Shown here in pieces: positions 37,434-46,324 of a DNA stretch of 64,000 nt (within the stretch, counting starts at the first letter, position 1; each line of letters opens with the position of its first letter). The stretch spans positions 18,436 through 82,435 of the forward strand of contig JAGNZZ010000006.1 of NCBI GenBank assembly GCA_017984135.1. Direction: 5' to 3'. The DNA comes from Chitinophagales bacterium (GTDB lineage Bacteria; Bacteroidota; Bacteroidia; Chitinophagales; JADIYW01). The position numbers and the translations under genes are program-made. A model generated the notes under the pieces. The model had not been told where the DNA came from. It saw only the letters and a program-made list of their open reading frames with translations, and did not search any database.

Positions 37434-38324
37434 ATGAAAAAAATAATTCCTTTTCTATTTTCTCTAATAGTGATTAGTTGCGGACGAGTATCCTATAATC
37501 CCTACAAAGACTTACCAAGTGAAGGCGAATTATCCGTATTAACATACAATGTTGCTGGTTTACCACAAGGCATCAATGGCGATCAATTTCCATTAAAGCA
37601 CATGCATTTAATTAGTCCATTATTGAATAATTACGATATAGTGAATGTGCAAGAAGATTTTGCTTATCATGATAGTTTGTATAAATACATAACCTTACCT
37701 TATAAAACTAAATATGTGGCAGATGTTTCTTTAGGAGATGGATTGAATACCATTTCTAAAATTCCCATTTTAGAATTTAAACGTATTGGCTGGAAACAAT
37801 GTAACGGCACAGATTGTTTAACACCTAAAGGTTTTTCATTTTGTCGCTTGCGATTTAACGAAGCGGTTTATCTAGATTTATACAATGTGCATTGTAATGC
37901 TGGAAGTTCGGCAGCAGATTACGTGGCACGAAAAAACAACATCACACAACTTTGCAACTATATTGAAACACACTCCAATGGAAATGCCGTGCTTCTAATG
38001 GGCGATTTTAATTGCAGATATACACGTATTGACGATAATATTCGCAAAATTGATTCATTAGGTTTTAAAAATGTTTGGGTAGAATTGCTACGCAATAATA
38101 TCAATCCGCTTCAAGATGGAAACTCCTTGATGGATTGCTCACCCAATGCTACCAATGCTACTTGCGAAGTAGTCGATAAAATATTTTATAGAAGTAGCGA
38201 CAAAATCAGCCTTAATGCTACCCATTATCAATTAGACGATATTATTTTTTATGATAGCGAAGGTGAATCACTTTCTGATCATCAACCAATGTTTGCCAAG
38301 TTCCAATATGTAGTTTTGAAGTAA
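37434..38324 (+). CDS. Endonuclease/exonuclease/phosphatase (EEP) family lipoprotein
   Basis: Lipobox LIVISC, plus ..VLTYNVAGL..VQEDF..GDFN..SDHQP. Confidence 0.8.
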   Translation: MKKIIPFLFSLIVISCGRVSYNPYKDLPSEGELSVLTYNVAGLPQGINGDQFPLKHMHLISPLLNNYDIVNVQEDFAYHDSLYKYITLPYKTKYVADVSLGDGLNTISKIPILEFKRIGWKQCNGTDCLTPKGFSFCRLRFNEAVYLDLYNVHCNAGSSAADYVARKNNITQLCNYIETHSNGNAVLLMGDFNCRYTRIDDNIRKIDSLGFKNVWVELLRNNINPLQDGNSLMDCSPNATNATCEVVDKIFYRSSDKISLNATHYQLDDIIFYDSEGESLSDHQPMFAKFQYVVLK

Positions 38325-38325
38325 T

Positions 38326-39120
38326 TTATTTTTGCTGCGCGCATACCTCATTCGCTTTTTGCAATTGCTCCGGCGAGCCAATATCTATCCAAATATCTTC
38401 ATCATGGTGATAGCCATATATTGTTTGTTGAAAACAAATATCGATATACCAATCTGTCATGGAAAATATACCATCACGTGTTTTATGTTTAAAAATTTGG
38501 GGCGATAAAATTTGATAACCACTAAAAGCCGCTTGTTTTGCCTGTTTAATGATGTTGTATTTTTTATCGGCAAAAATGGGATTATGTGCATCAAAATAAT
38601 GTGCGGCACTATCACCGAACACTGATGGGAATTTCATTTCTTCATTTTTAAAATTTTGCCAGCCACATAAGCTATTTTTTTCATCAAACAACAATACGCG
38701 CGAAGATTTTCTATTTCTTACAGCCAAACTGGCAATGGCATTTTGTGCAAGATGAGATTGATAAAATTTTGTAAGGTTGATATTGGTAAAAACATCAGCA
38801 TTACATACTAAAAAAGGTTGACCATCATTGAAAAAATGTTGCGCGTTTAAAAGTCCACCACCGGTTTCTAATATTCTATCGGTTTCATCTGAAATTTCTA
38901 TGCGAATGCCAAAGGAAGTATGCTGATTGATAAAATCAATAATTTGATTTCCTAAGTAATGAACATTGATAATAATTTCATCAAATCCATGTTGTTTTAA
39001 ATGTTCGATGGTATGTTGCAACATGGGCTTATCGCCTACTTTTACTAATGCTTTCGGGCAAGTATCCGTAAGTGGTTTTAAACGTGTGCCGAAACCGGCA
39101 GCAAAAATCATGGCTTTCAT
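38326..39120 (-). CDS. Sugar-1-phosphate nucleotidyltransferase, MurU-like
   Basis: MKAMIFAAGFGTRLKPLTDTCPKALV. The ATG at 39120 lies 2 nt after the stop of the upstream kinase gene (the track uses a TTG at 39126). Confidence 0.8.
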   Translation of the reverse strand: MKAMIFAAGFGTRLKPLTDTCPKALVKVGDKPMLQHTIEHLKQHGFDEIIINVHYLGNQIIDFINQHTSFGIRIEISDETDRILETGGGLLNAQHFFNDGQPFLVCNADVFTNINLTKFYQSHLAQNAIASLAVRNRKSSRVLLFDEKNSLCGWQNFKNEEMKFPSVFGDSAAHYFDAHNPIFADKKYNIIKQAKQAAFSGYQILSPQIFKHKTRDGIFSMTDWYIDICFQQTIYGYHHDEDIWIDIGSPEQLQKANEVCAQQK

Positions 39121-39122
39121 AA

Positions 39123-40550
39123 TCAAATAAATTGTCCTTGTAATTCGCGTTCAATATGTTTTATTTCAGCAGCCAAGTTATACTTTGTTTGAATATATTT
39201 TGCCGTTTGCTCGGCGCAATATACACTTCGATGTTGTCCACCAGTGCAGCCAAAATTTATTTGTAAATGCTCAAAATTGCGGTCTAAATAATTTTGAATA
39301 TTGATATCTACTACTTTATAAACAGATTCTAAAAACTCTTTGGCTTTCGTTTGACTTTCTAAAAACTCAATCACTGGTTTATCTTTTCCGGTTAACGTTT
39401 TGTATGGCTCATATCTACCTGGATTATGCAAGCCTCTACAATCAAACACAAAACCACCACCATTGTCGGAATGGTCAGATGGAATACCACGTTTATAGGA
39501 AAAACTATTGATATTAATTTTTAATTTTTTTTTAGAAGCATCTATCTTTTCCGGTTTAAACAAATCGGATACAATTAATTGATGCAATACACTTGTCAAT
39601 TCCGGCAATTTAATTTTCAGTTGAATATTTTCCAAGAACCATTTTACATTTTCCAACGCAGGAATAATACTTTCAATAAAATGTGCTCTACGTTCAATTA
39701 AACCTCGAAATCCATACGCACCTAATACTTGTAACATTCTAATCAATACAAAACCATAGTATCGTTCCATAAAGTCTTGTTTATTAATACTTATTTTGGC
39801 TTCTACTTGTTGTACATAAAACAAGAACAATTCATCGCGTATTGCGAACGGAATGCGTGCGCCGGCTTGCCACAACAAAGAAGCTACATCGTATTGAAGC
39901 GCGCCTTTTCTTCCACCTTGATAATCGATAAAATAAGGTTTGTTTTCATGAATCATTACATTGCGAGATTGACAATCGCGAAACATAAAATATAGATTTT
40001 TTTCTTCCAATAAATAATCCGACAACGTATGGAAATCTTTATTTAGAGCCACTTCACTAAATTGAACACGTGCAATGCGTGCAAAGTAATATTTAAAAGA
40101 ATTTAAATCCCAAAACATCGAACTTCGATTAAATTCTTGGATAGGATAACATTGTTTAAAATTGAAATTAGCCGCACCATTAATTTGTAAATGTGCCAAC
40201 TGTTGCAATACCTCTTTCAGATAAGAAATCACGTTTGCAGAAATTCCTTCTTGCTTAATGATAGAATACAAAGATAAATCGCCTAAATCTTGTTGTAAAT
40301 AATAGACTTTATTTTCACTGGAACAATAAAATTTCGGCACTGAAATTGTAGCATGAATAAAATGGTTGGTATGATGAATAAATGTTTCATTTTCCTTCGT
40401 ATCTTTTCCATACGTGCCGATTGCTGAATGATGTTCACTCGTTAAACGGTAATACAATCTATCGGAACCGGCTTGTGGCAATTGAAGAATAGAAGTGCAA
40501 GGTTCTTGAAAAAAATCTTGAAAAAGCTGTTGTAAGATATCTTCGTGCAT
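39123..40550 (-). CDS. AmgK-like (APH-fold) sugar kinase fused to a RapZ C-terminal-like domain
   Basis: N-terminal ~330 aa: ..GSDRLYYRL.. and FRDCQSRNVMI..FIDYQGGRKGALQYDVASLLWQA. C-terminal ~140 aa: SFSYKRGIP..GGFVFDCRGLHNPGRYEPYKTLTGKDKPVIEFL...INFGCTGGQHRSVYCAEQ, which parallels E. coli RapZ FGFKHGIP..YVFDVRFLPNPHW..MTGLDKPVAAFL...AIGCTGGKHRSVYIAEQ. Confidence 0.8.
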   Translation of the reverse strand: MHEDILQQLFQDFFQEPCTSILQLPQAGSDRLYYRLTSEHHSAIGTYGKDTKENETFIHHTNHFIHATISVPKFYCSSENKVYYLQQDLGDLSLYSIIKQEGISANVISYLKEVLQQLAHLQINGAANFNFKQCYPIQEFNRSSMFWDLNSFKYYFARIARVQFSEVALNKDFHTLSDYLLEEKNLYFMFRDCQSRNVMIHENKPYFIDYQGGRKGALQYDVASLLWQAGARIPFAIRDELFLFYVQQVEAKISINKQDFMERYYGFVLIRMLQVLGAYGFRGLIERRAHFIESIIPALENVKWFLENIQLKIKLPELTSVLHQLIVSDLFKPEKIDASKKKLKININSFSYKRGIPSDHSDNGGGFVFDCRGLHNPGRYEPYKTLTGKDKPVIEFLESQTKAKEFLESVYKVVDINIQNYLDRNFEHLQINFGCTGGQHRSVYCAEQTAKYIQTKYNLAAEIKHIERELQGQFI

Positions 40551-40627
40551 GAAACAAAGGTAAAAAGAATAGTTAGTAAAAAGTTTTACAGATTTAATAA
40601 TTTAAACTAACTTCGCTTTATGTAAAA

Positions 40628-41662
40628 TTGTATATAAAAATTAAACCTAAACAATCTAATCCATTGAAATTAATCTACTTATTAATATTTAGTATTGGCC
40701 TATTTTCAGCTTGTAAAAAGGAGCCTAATACATCCTTTTATTATTGGAAAACGCAATATTCCATTTCGCCTTATGAACAAAATTATTTAGATAGTTTAAA
40801 TGTAGAAAAACTGTATGTTCGTTTTTTTGATGTGGATATAAAAAATGGCAATGCCGTTCCAATTGGAAATTTAATTGTACATGAAAAAAATAAAAAACAA
40901 ACAATTATTCCGGTCGTTTTTATTACCAATGAAACCTTCAAACAGTTAGATAAAAATGAAATCAATTCTTTATCAAAAAACATCCAGCATCAAATTGAAA
41001 CTATTTACGCTCAACTTACCGATAAATCAATGCAAGAAGTGCAAATAGATTGTGATTGGACAAGCAGTACCAAATCAAATTATTTCTATTTTTTGAACCA
41101 ACTTAAAATTGCAATTAAGCCTTTACAATTATCGGTAACTGTACGACTGCATCAAATAAAAGACAAAGAAAAAACGGGCATTCCGCCTGTAAACAAAGGT
41201 GTTTTAATGTATTATGCCACTTCAAATCCATTAGATTTTGGCGATAAAAATTCCATATTAGACAATACACTTGCCTCCAACTATATTAAAAATATAAATG
41301 AATACAAATTGCCTTTAGATTGGGCATTGCCCATTTACAGTTGGGCAATCGTACAAAATCAAGTAGGCGAAAAGAGATTGATAAATGGTATTCGTAATGA
41401 AGATTTAACGGATACCATCTTGTATAAAAAAATATCCAAAACGCTTTATTTAATAAAACAAGATCATTATCTAAAAGGAAATTATCTATATGAAGATTAC
41501 AAAATAAAAGTAGAAAGTATCACGTTCAAAGACTTAGAGCTGGCGAAAGAAAATTATTCGAAAAAAAATAAAAACAAGGAACTAAATACCATCTTTTTTC
41601 AGTTAGATTCATCAAATTTATGTCATTATTCTATACAAAATTTAAAAACTATTTCACTATGA
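40628..41662 (+). CDS. Hypothetical lipoprotein (344 aa), alternating beta/alpha pattern
   Basis: TTG start (uncertain) and lipobox GLFSAC. No family recognised. Confidence 0.55.
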   Translation: MYIKIKPKQSNPLKLIYLLIFSIGLFSACKKEPNTSFYYWKTQYSISPYEQNYLDSLNVEKLYVRFFDVDIKNGNAVPIGNLIVHEKNKKQTIIPVVFITNETFKQLDKNEINSLSKNIQHQIETIYAQLTDKSMQEVQIDCDWTSSTKSNYFYFLNQLKIAIKPLQLSVTVRLHQIKDKEKTGIPPVNKGVLMYYATSNPLDFGDKNSILDNTLASNYIKNINEYKLPLDWALPIYSWAIVQNQVGEKRLINGIRNEDLTDTILYKKISKTLYLIKQDHYLKGNYLYEDYKIKVESITFKDLELAKENYSKKNKNKELNTIFFQLDSSNLCHYSIQNLKTISL

Positions 41663-44076
41663 AAAATTATATCTTAAGTGCTTTATTACTCTTACTATTT
41701 ACAGAAAAAAGTATGGCTTGTGCGTGGTCATCAGAAGATGAGACCTATTATAACTTATTTAACCAACACTTAGTTTCGGACTCGACCTTATCTCCATTTT
41801 TTTTAACGTATGATACGCCATTTTATGGCGATGCAGTTTGGGATTATTATGAAGACGAACCAAAAAAAGAAACCGATTATAATATTTTGGAATGGAATCA
41901 ATTTTTCGACAATCAAATCAGCGAAGCGCATTTGAATTATTTAGTATATTCATCCAGCATTGAAGAACTCAAAAAAATAGTTGATACAAAGTCAATTAAA
42001 AACAGTGCTTCGGCATTACAGTACACTATTTTACTCACACCAAAAGGCATTGAAGCCTTGAATTATTTACGATTTGCAAAAGCTTGTGAACCATTTGCCA
42101 CTGCCACAAAAGAATATGAAGGCGATGGATGGTTTTATGGAAATGTACGTGGAAAGATTACGAAATCTCAGTTTATGTCAATTGCCAAAAGTGGCAATAT
42201 TATTTATGACAATACACAAAACAAAGACATTAAATTACGTACCGCTTACCAATTAGTACGACTTTCACATTACGGTGGATTTAATGAGGATGCTATTCGA
42301 TATTTTAAAACATACGTGGAGCCTTTGAAACAAAAATCATTGGTGTATTATTATGCGTTGGAACAAAAAGCCGGTGCTTTATTTAATCAAAAAAAATATG
42401 CTGAGGCTGGCGCAAATTATGCTGCAGTTTTCAACCATACTACTGACAGAAAAATGACCTGTTATTCCAGTTTTCGCATCTCTAACCAAATGAATTTTGA
42501 CCTTGCCATTGCTGCTTGCAAAACGCCCAATGAAAAAGCAGCCTTATATGTGTTACGTGGCTTTAATAAATTTTCAAACGGGCTTTCTGAAATGAAAAAT
42601 ATCTATGCCATCGCTCCAAATAGTGCGTATTTAGAATTAATGGCATGTAGAGCATTATTGCAAATGGAATATAATGGATTCAAAGTCCCAACACAATATG
42701 TTTCAAGTAATTCATTTCCACTGATGGATGCTGTTGGCAAAACGTATTTACAAAAAAATATTTTATTTACTCAAAACGTTTTGGCACAAAAGAAAGTAAA
42801 ACGCATCGCATTTTGGAAAGCGTATTTAGCGCATTTGTATTTATTAAATGGAAATTATTCAAAGTCAGAACAGTTGGCAAACAGCATTGTTACCGATGAA
42901 AATATAATTAAGCAACAAGCAGCTCGTACTGCTTTTAGCGCTTATATGGGTGGCTTAAAAACGATAGATAGCAACGTGGAACAAACTATCTACAAACGTT
43001 ATTTAAAAGACAACAACGATGAACAAGAGCGTGATTTTGTATTTGAAATTCTAGCTCATAATTATATTTTACAAAATGAAAATGGTAAAGCATTTCTATG
43101 CCATAATGATTTCTCAGGCATGTATGGCAATTTAAAGTTGGATATCATCAACGATTTAATTGCATTTTTCAGTAAAGAAAATTATACAAATTTTGAAAAA
43201 CAATTAGCTTCCAAACATATCAAAACTAAAGCACCTTTACAAGAATTATACGACTTAAAAGGAACTTACTATCTAAAAAAGGATGATTTAAAAAATGCCT
43301 TAGTTTGGTTTAAAAAGGTAAAAAGCAACTTGGCCTTTTTAAAATTACATGAATATGAATACGATGACAAAGGGAATGAAAAAATAATGGAAGTAGATGG
43401 AAGTTTTAATGGTTATAGCAATATAAATGCAGGAATTTTCAGCAGCAAAGTACAAACCTATTTCGACAATACTCTTGAAAATGCATTTACAGATAAAACA
43501 TACAAAAGATTTGATTTCATTCCTCAAGTGATGAATAAAGAACAACTGGTAAATGCATTGATTAATTTAAAATCTATTGCAAATGGAAACGACGAGCAAG
43601 CGGCAGCAGCCAACTTTTTATTAGGTAATTTTTATTACAACACTTCCAATTTTGGTTACTATCGCAATTTCTTTTATTACGAACCAAACAACCAGCAATT
43701 GTCTTATTATTACACTTATAACACCGCACCAGTTATATTAAAAAAACAGTATAATTACAACGAAGGAACTGGCATTATTAATAATAACAAAACCAAACAA
43801 GCCTATACTTATTTTTTAACGGCTGAAAAAGTTTCCAGCGATAAAGAACTTAAAGCAAAGGCAGTTTTTCAAGCTTCCAAATGTGAGTTAGATGCATATT
43901 TCGCATCCGAAAAATATCCAGATTGGGGTTTTAGTGGAAGTTATAAATCATTATACAGCACCACTACACGACCGATGTTTAAACGCTTAAAAGATACTTA
44001 TTCAAACACAGCATATTATAATGAAATAAAAAATAATTGTAATTATTTTAAATATTATTTAGCGTTTAAACTTTAG
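41659..44076 (+). CDS. Secreted helical-repeat (TPR-like) hypothetical protein (805 aa)
   Basis: The ATG at 41659 overlaps the upstream stop (ATGA). Signal peptide MKNYILSALLLLLFTEKSMA. The track start at 41620 adds 13 codons. Confidence 0.6.
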   Translation: MKNYILSALLLLLFTEKSMACAWSSEDETYYNLFNQHLVSDSTLSPFFLTYDTPFYGDAVWDYYEDEPKKETDYNILEWNQFFDNQISEAHLNYLVYSSSIEELKKIVDTKSIKNSASALQYTILLTPKGIEALNYLRFAKACEPFATATKEYEGDGWFYGNVRGKITKSQFMSIAKSGNIIYDNTQNKDIKLRTAYQLVRLSHYGGFNEDAIRYFKTYVEPLKQKSLVYYYALEQKAGALFNQKKYAEAGANYAAVFNHTTDRKMTCYSSFRISNQMNFDLAIAACKTPNEKAALYVLRGFNKFSNGLSEMKNIYAIAPNSAYLELMACRALLQMEYNGFKVPTQYVSSNSFPLMDAVGKTYLQKNILFTQNVLAQKKVKRIAFWKAYLAHLYLLNGNYSKSEQLANSIVTDENIIKQQAARTAFSAYMGGLKTIDSNVEQTIYKRYLKDNNDEQERDFVFEILAHNYILQNENGKAFLCHNDFSGMYGNLKLDIINDLIAFFSKENYTNFEKQLASKHIKTKAPLQELYDLKGTYYLKKDDLKNALVWFKKVKSNLAFLKLHEYEYDDKGNEKIMEVDGSFNGYSNINAGIFSSKVQTYFDNTLENAFTDKTYKRFDFIPQVMNKEQLVNALINLKSIANGNDEQAAAANFLLGNFYYNTSNFGYYRNFFYYEPNNQQLSYYYTYNTAPVILKKQYNYNEGTGIINNNKTKQAYTYFLTAEKVSSDKELKAKAVFQASKCELDAYFASEKYPDWGFSGSYKSLYSTTTRPMFKRLKDTYSNTAYYNEIKNNCNYFKYYLAFKL

Positions 44077-44899
44077 TATCTTCAGGTGTTTCAGAAGATG
44101 GCGCTTGTGCGTCATCTTCATTTTTAATTTCATTTTCCAAATTCAAATCTATTGATTTTTCTTCGTTCAAAGGCATATTCACTTCGGAATTAATTTGTTC
44201 TAAATTTTGTTTGAGTAGCTCATTTTTCAACTTCAGTTTCTCTAACTGTCGTTGTTCTAATGGAATGTAATTTTCTTTATGTCTTCGCTGTAAAGAAGTT
44301 TCTTTACGTTCCGCTTTTAATTGTGCTTTTTCAACACTTTTTATTTTATCTTGTTCGCGGCGTTCTTCTTCCTTTAATTTGCGTTGTGCTCTTCGTTCTT
44401 CTTCTTGTTTTAATCGTAACGCTTTTTCTTCATCAGTTCGCTCTTTCAGTATTTTAATTTTTGAAGGATGAATTTCAAAAACATCATCAATCGGTAATTC
44501 AACGGTTAACCATAATACTTTTATAGTTGCTACACCCACATTTCTAATCCAAATTGGGTGCGATAATAAATTTGACAATGCTTGAAAGAAGGAAGTTATT
44601 ATACTAATTTCAGAAATAGAAGTAAAAATTTCTTCTGATTTACCTCTAATCTTTAGAGGTTTCTCATAATCCATTTTTCCAATTTTTATTCCATCTTTAT
44701 TTAATAAATCTCCTCTAATTGAAAGCAAAGTATAAGGTAAAAAAAACAGGTTCTTAATCTTAAAATCCGTTTCAGAAGCGACAGACAATAATCCAAATTG
44801 GCGTGTACGAATCTCCATAATTTCTACGGATCTAAACTTATTTGCTTGTTTTATTATATACCTTTTTAAATAATTATTAATAAGTTGAATAATATACAT
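44066..44899 (-). CDS. Hypothetical protein with a K/E/R-rich coiled-coil C-terminal half
   Basis: ORF only. Its 3' end overlaps the convergent 41659-44076 gene by 11 nt. Confidence 0.5.
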   Translation of the reverse strand: MYIIQLINNYLKRYIIKQANKFRSVEIMEIRTRQFGLLSVASETDFKIKNLFFLPYTLLSIRGDLLNKDGIKIGKMDYEKPLKIRGKSEEIFTSISEISIITSFFQALSNLLSHPIWIRNVGVATIKVLWLTVELPIDDVFEIHPSKIKILKERTDEEKALRLKQEEERRAQRKLKEEERREQDKIKSVEKAQLKAERKETSLQRRHKENYIPLEQRQLEKLKLKNELLKQNLEQINSEVNMPLNEEKSIDLNLENEIKNEDDAQAPSSETPEDTKV

Positions 44900-45031
44900 G
44901 GTCGTATTCTTTTAAAGTCTTGTTAAAATAGATAGAGTCTATTGAATTTCAACTAAACATAGAGTAACTTTAATCTACTAAGTAAAAACTTAAAGTAAAA
45001 CTAAAATTACAATAAAAATAAAGTAAAGTAA

Positions 45032-46273
45032 ATGGAACACCTCAGCACCGTTATCGTCATTCCTATTTTTTTAGTGTTTATTCTAATCGAATATTTTGCC
45101 ACTAAAAAGAAACATCCTGAATATTATAGGTTGAATGATGCTATTACCAATTTAAATATAGGTGTCAGTCATTTATTGTTTAAGTTGCTAACCACAGGCA
45201 TTATGTTAGGTGCATATTCATTCGTAAAAACTCATTTTTCAATACTACATCTTAAAGGAATCACAGCCTACGTAGTTGTTTTAATCTTGTTTGATTTTTG
45301 TTTTTATTGGGCACATCGTTTTGGCCACGAAGTGAATTTATTTTGGGGCGCACATGTAGTGCACCATCAAAGTGAAGAATATAATTTAACCGTTGCTTTG
45401 CGTCAATCATGGATACATAGTTTATTGGCATTTATCTTCTTTTTACCTATCGCATTTTTAGGCGTAGATGTATTGACTTTAGGTATTTGTGCGAGCATCA
45501 ACTCTTTTTATCAATTTTGGATTCACACCAAAACCATCAATAAAATGCCTACATGGGTGGAATTTATTTTTAATACACCATCGCACCATAGAGTGCATCA
45601 TGGTGTAAACCCAAAATATATCGACAAAAATCATGGCGGTATGTTTATTATTTGGGATCGGTTATTTGGAACCTTTCAAGTAGAAGAAGAAGAACCTACT
45701 TATGGCATAACAACGCCATTAAAAAGCTGGAATCCGGCTTGGGCAAATATTGAATATTATACCAATATGTTTAAGCGTGCAAAGTCTTTTAAACTCGTTG
45801 ACCAGCTAAAATATATTATAGCCAAACCAGGTTGGCAACCGGAAGCATTTGGTGGACAAATTCCAATTCCGGAAGTGGACAAAAACAAGCCTAAATACGA
45901 CCTAAAAGCCAACAGCACAAACTTAAATGTATATGTATTGGTGCAATTTGCTTTTATCATTATTGGCTTGACTGCTTACTTATATCATTATGAAAAAATA
46001 AGTTCCTTTTATTCCTTTTTATTTTTCTCCATCTTACTGATTTCCACTGTCATTTGCAGTGCCATTTTAGAACAAAAAAAATGGGTGATTTATGCGGAAT
46101 ATACTCGATTAATATTGGCATTAATGACATTAAATTCTATGTATTACTTCAAATACAATACGTGGTTTCTATTGGTATTGATTGTTTCTTTAAGTGTCAC
46201 CATTTATTTTCTCACATGGTTTACGCTCAACATAAACAATAAATATTTGGTCAAATTTAACAGTCGAAACTAA
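45032..46273 (+). CDS. Fatty-acid hydroxylase / sterol desaturase superfamily membrane protein with an extra C-terminal TM bundle
   Basis: Histidine boxes HRFGHE, HVVHHQSEEYN and HHRVHH. Confidence 0.8.
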   Translation: MEHLSTVIVIPIFLVFILIEYFATKKKHPEYYRLNDAITNLNIGVSHLLFKLLTTGIMLGAYSFVKTHFSILHLKGITAYVVVLILFDFCFYWAHRFGHEVNLFWGAHVVHHQSEEYNLTVALRQSWIHSLLAFIFFLPIAFLGVDVLTLGICASINSFYQFWIHTKTINKMPTWVEFIFNTPSHHRVHHGVNPKYIDKNHGGMFIIWDRLFGTFQVEEEEPTYGITTPLKSWNPAWANIEYYTNMFKRAKSFKLVDQLKYIIAKPGWQPEAFGGQIPIPEVDKNKPKYDLKANSTNLNVYVLVQFAFIIIGLTAYLYHYEKISSFYSFLFFSILLISTVICSAILEQKKWVIYAEYTRLILALMTLNSMYYFKYNTWFLLVLIVSLSVTIYFLTWFTLNINNKYLVKFNSRN

Positions 46274-46276
46274 AAT

Positions 46277-46306
46277 AAAAAATGCGCAAATTTCATAGCG
46301 CATTTT
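46277..46306. terminator. Bidirectional hairpin between convergent genes
   Basis: AAAATGCGC-10 nt-GCGCATTTT. Confidence 0.65.
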
Positions 46307-46324
46307 ACTTTTTAAAGAGATTGA

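Noticed and set aside
44260-44460. Apparent DNA repetitiveness in the 44066-44899 gene
   Set aside because: It reflects K/E/R-rich coiled-coil coding sequence (AAR/GAR codons) rather than a defined DNA repeat or CRISPR-like array.
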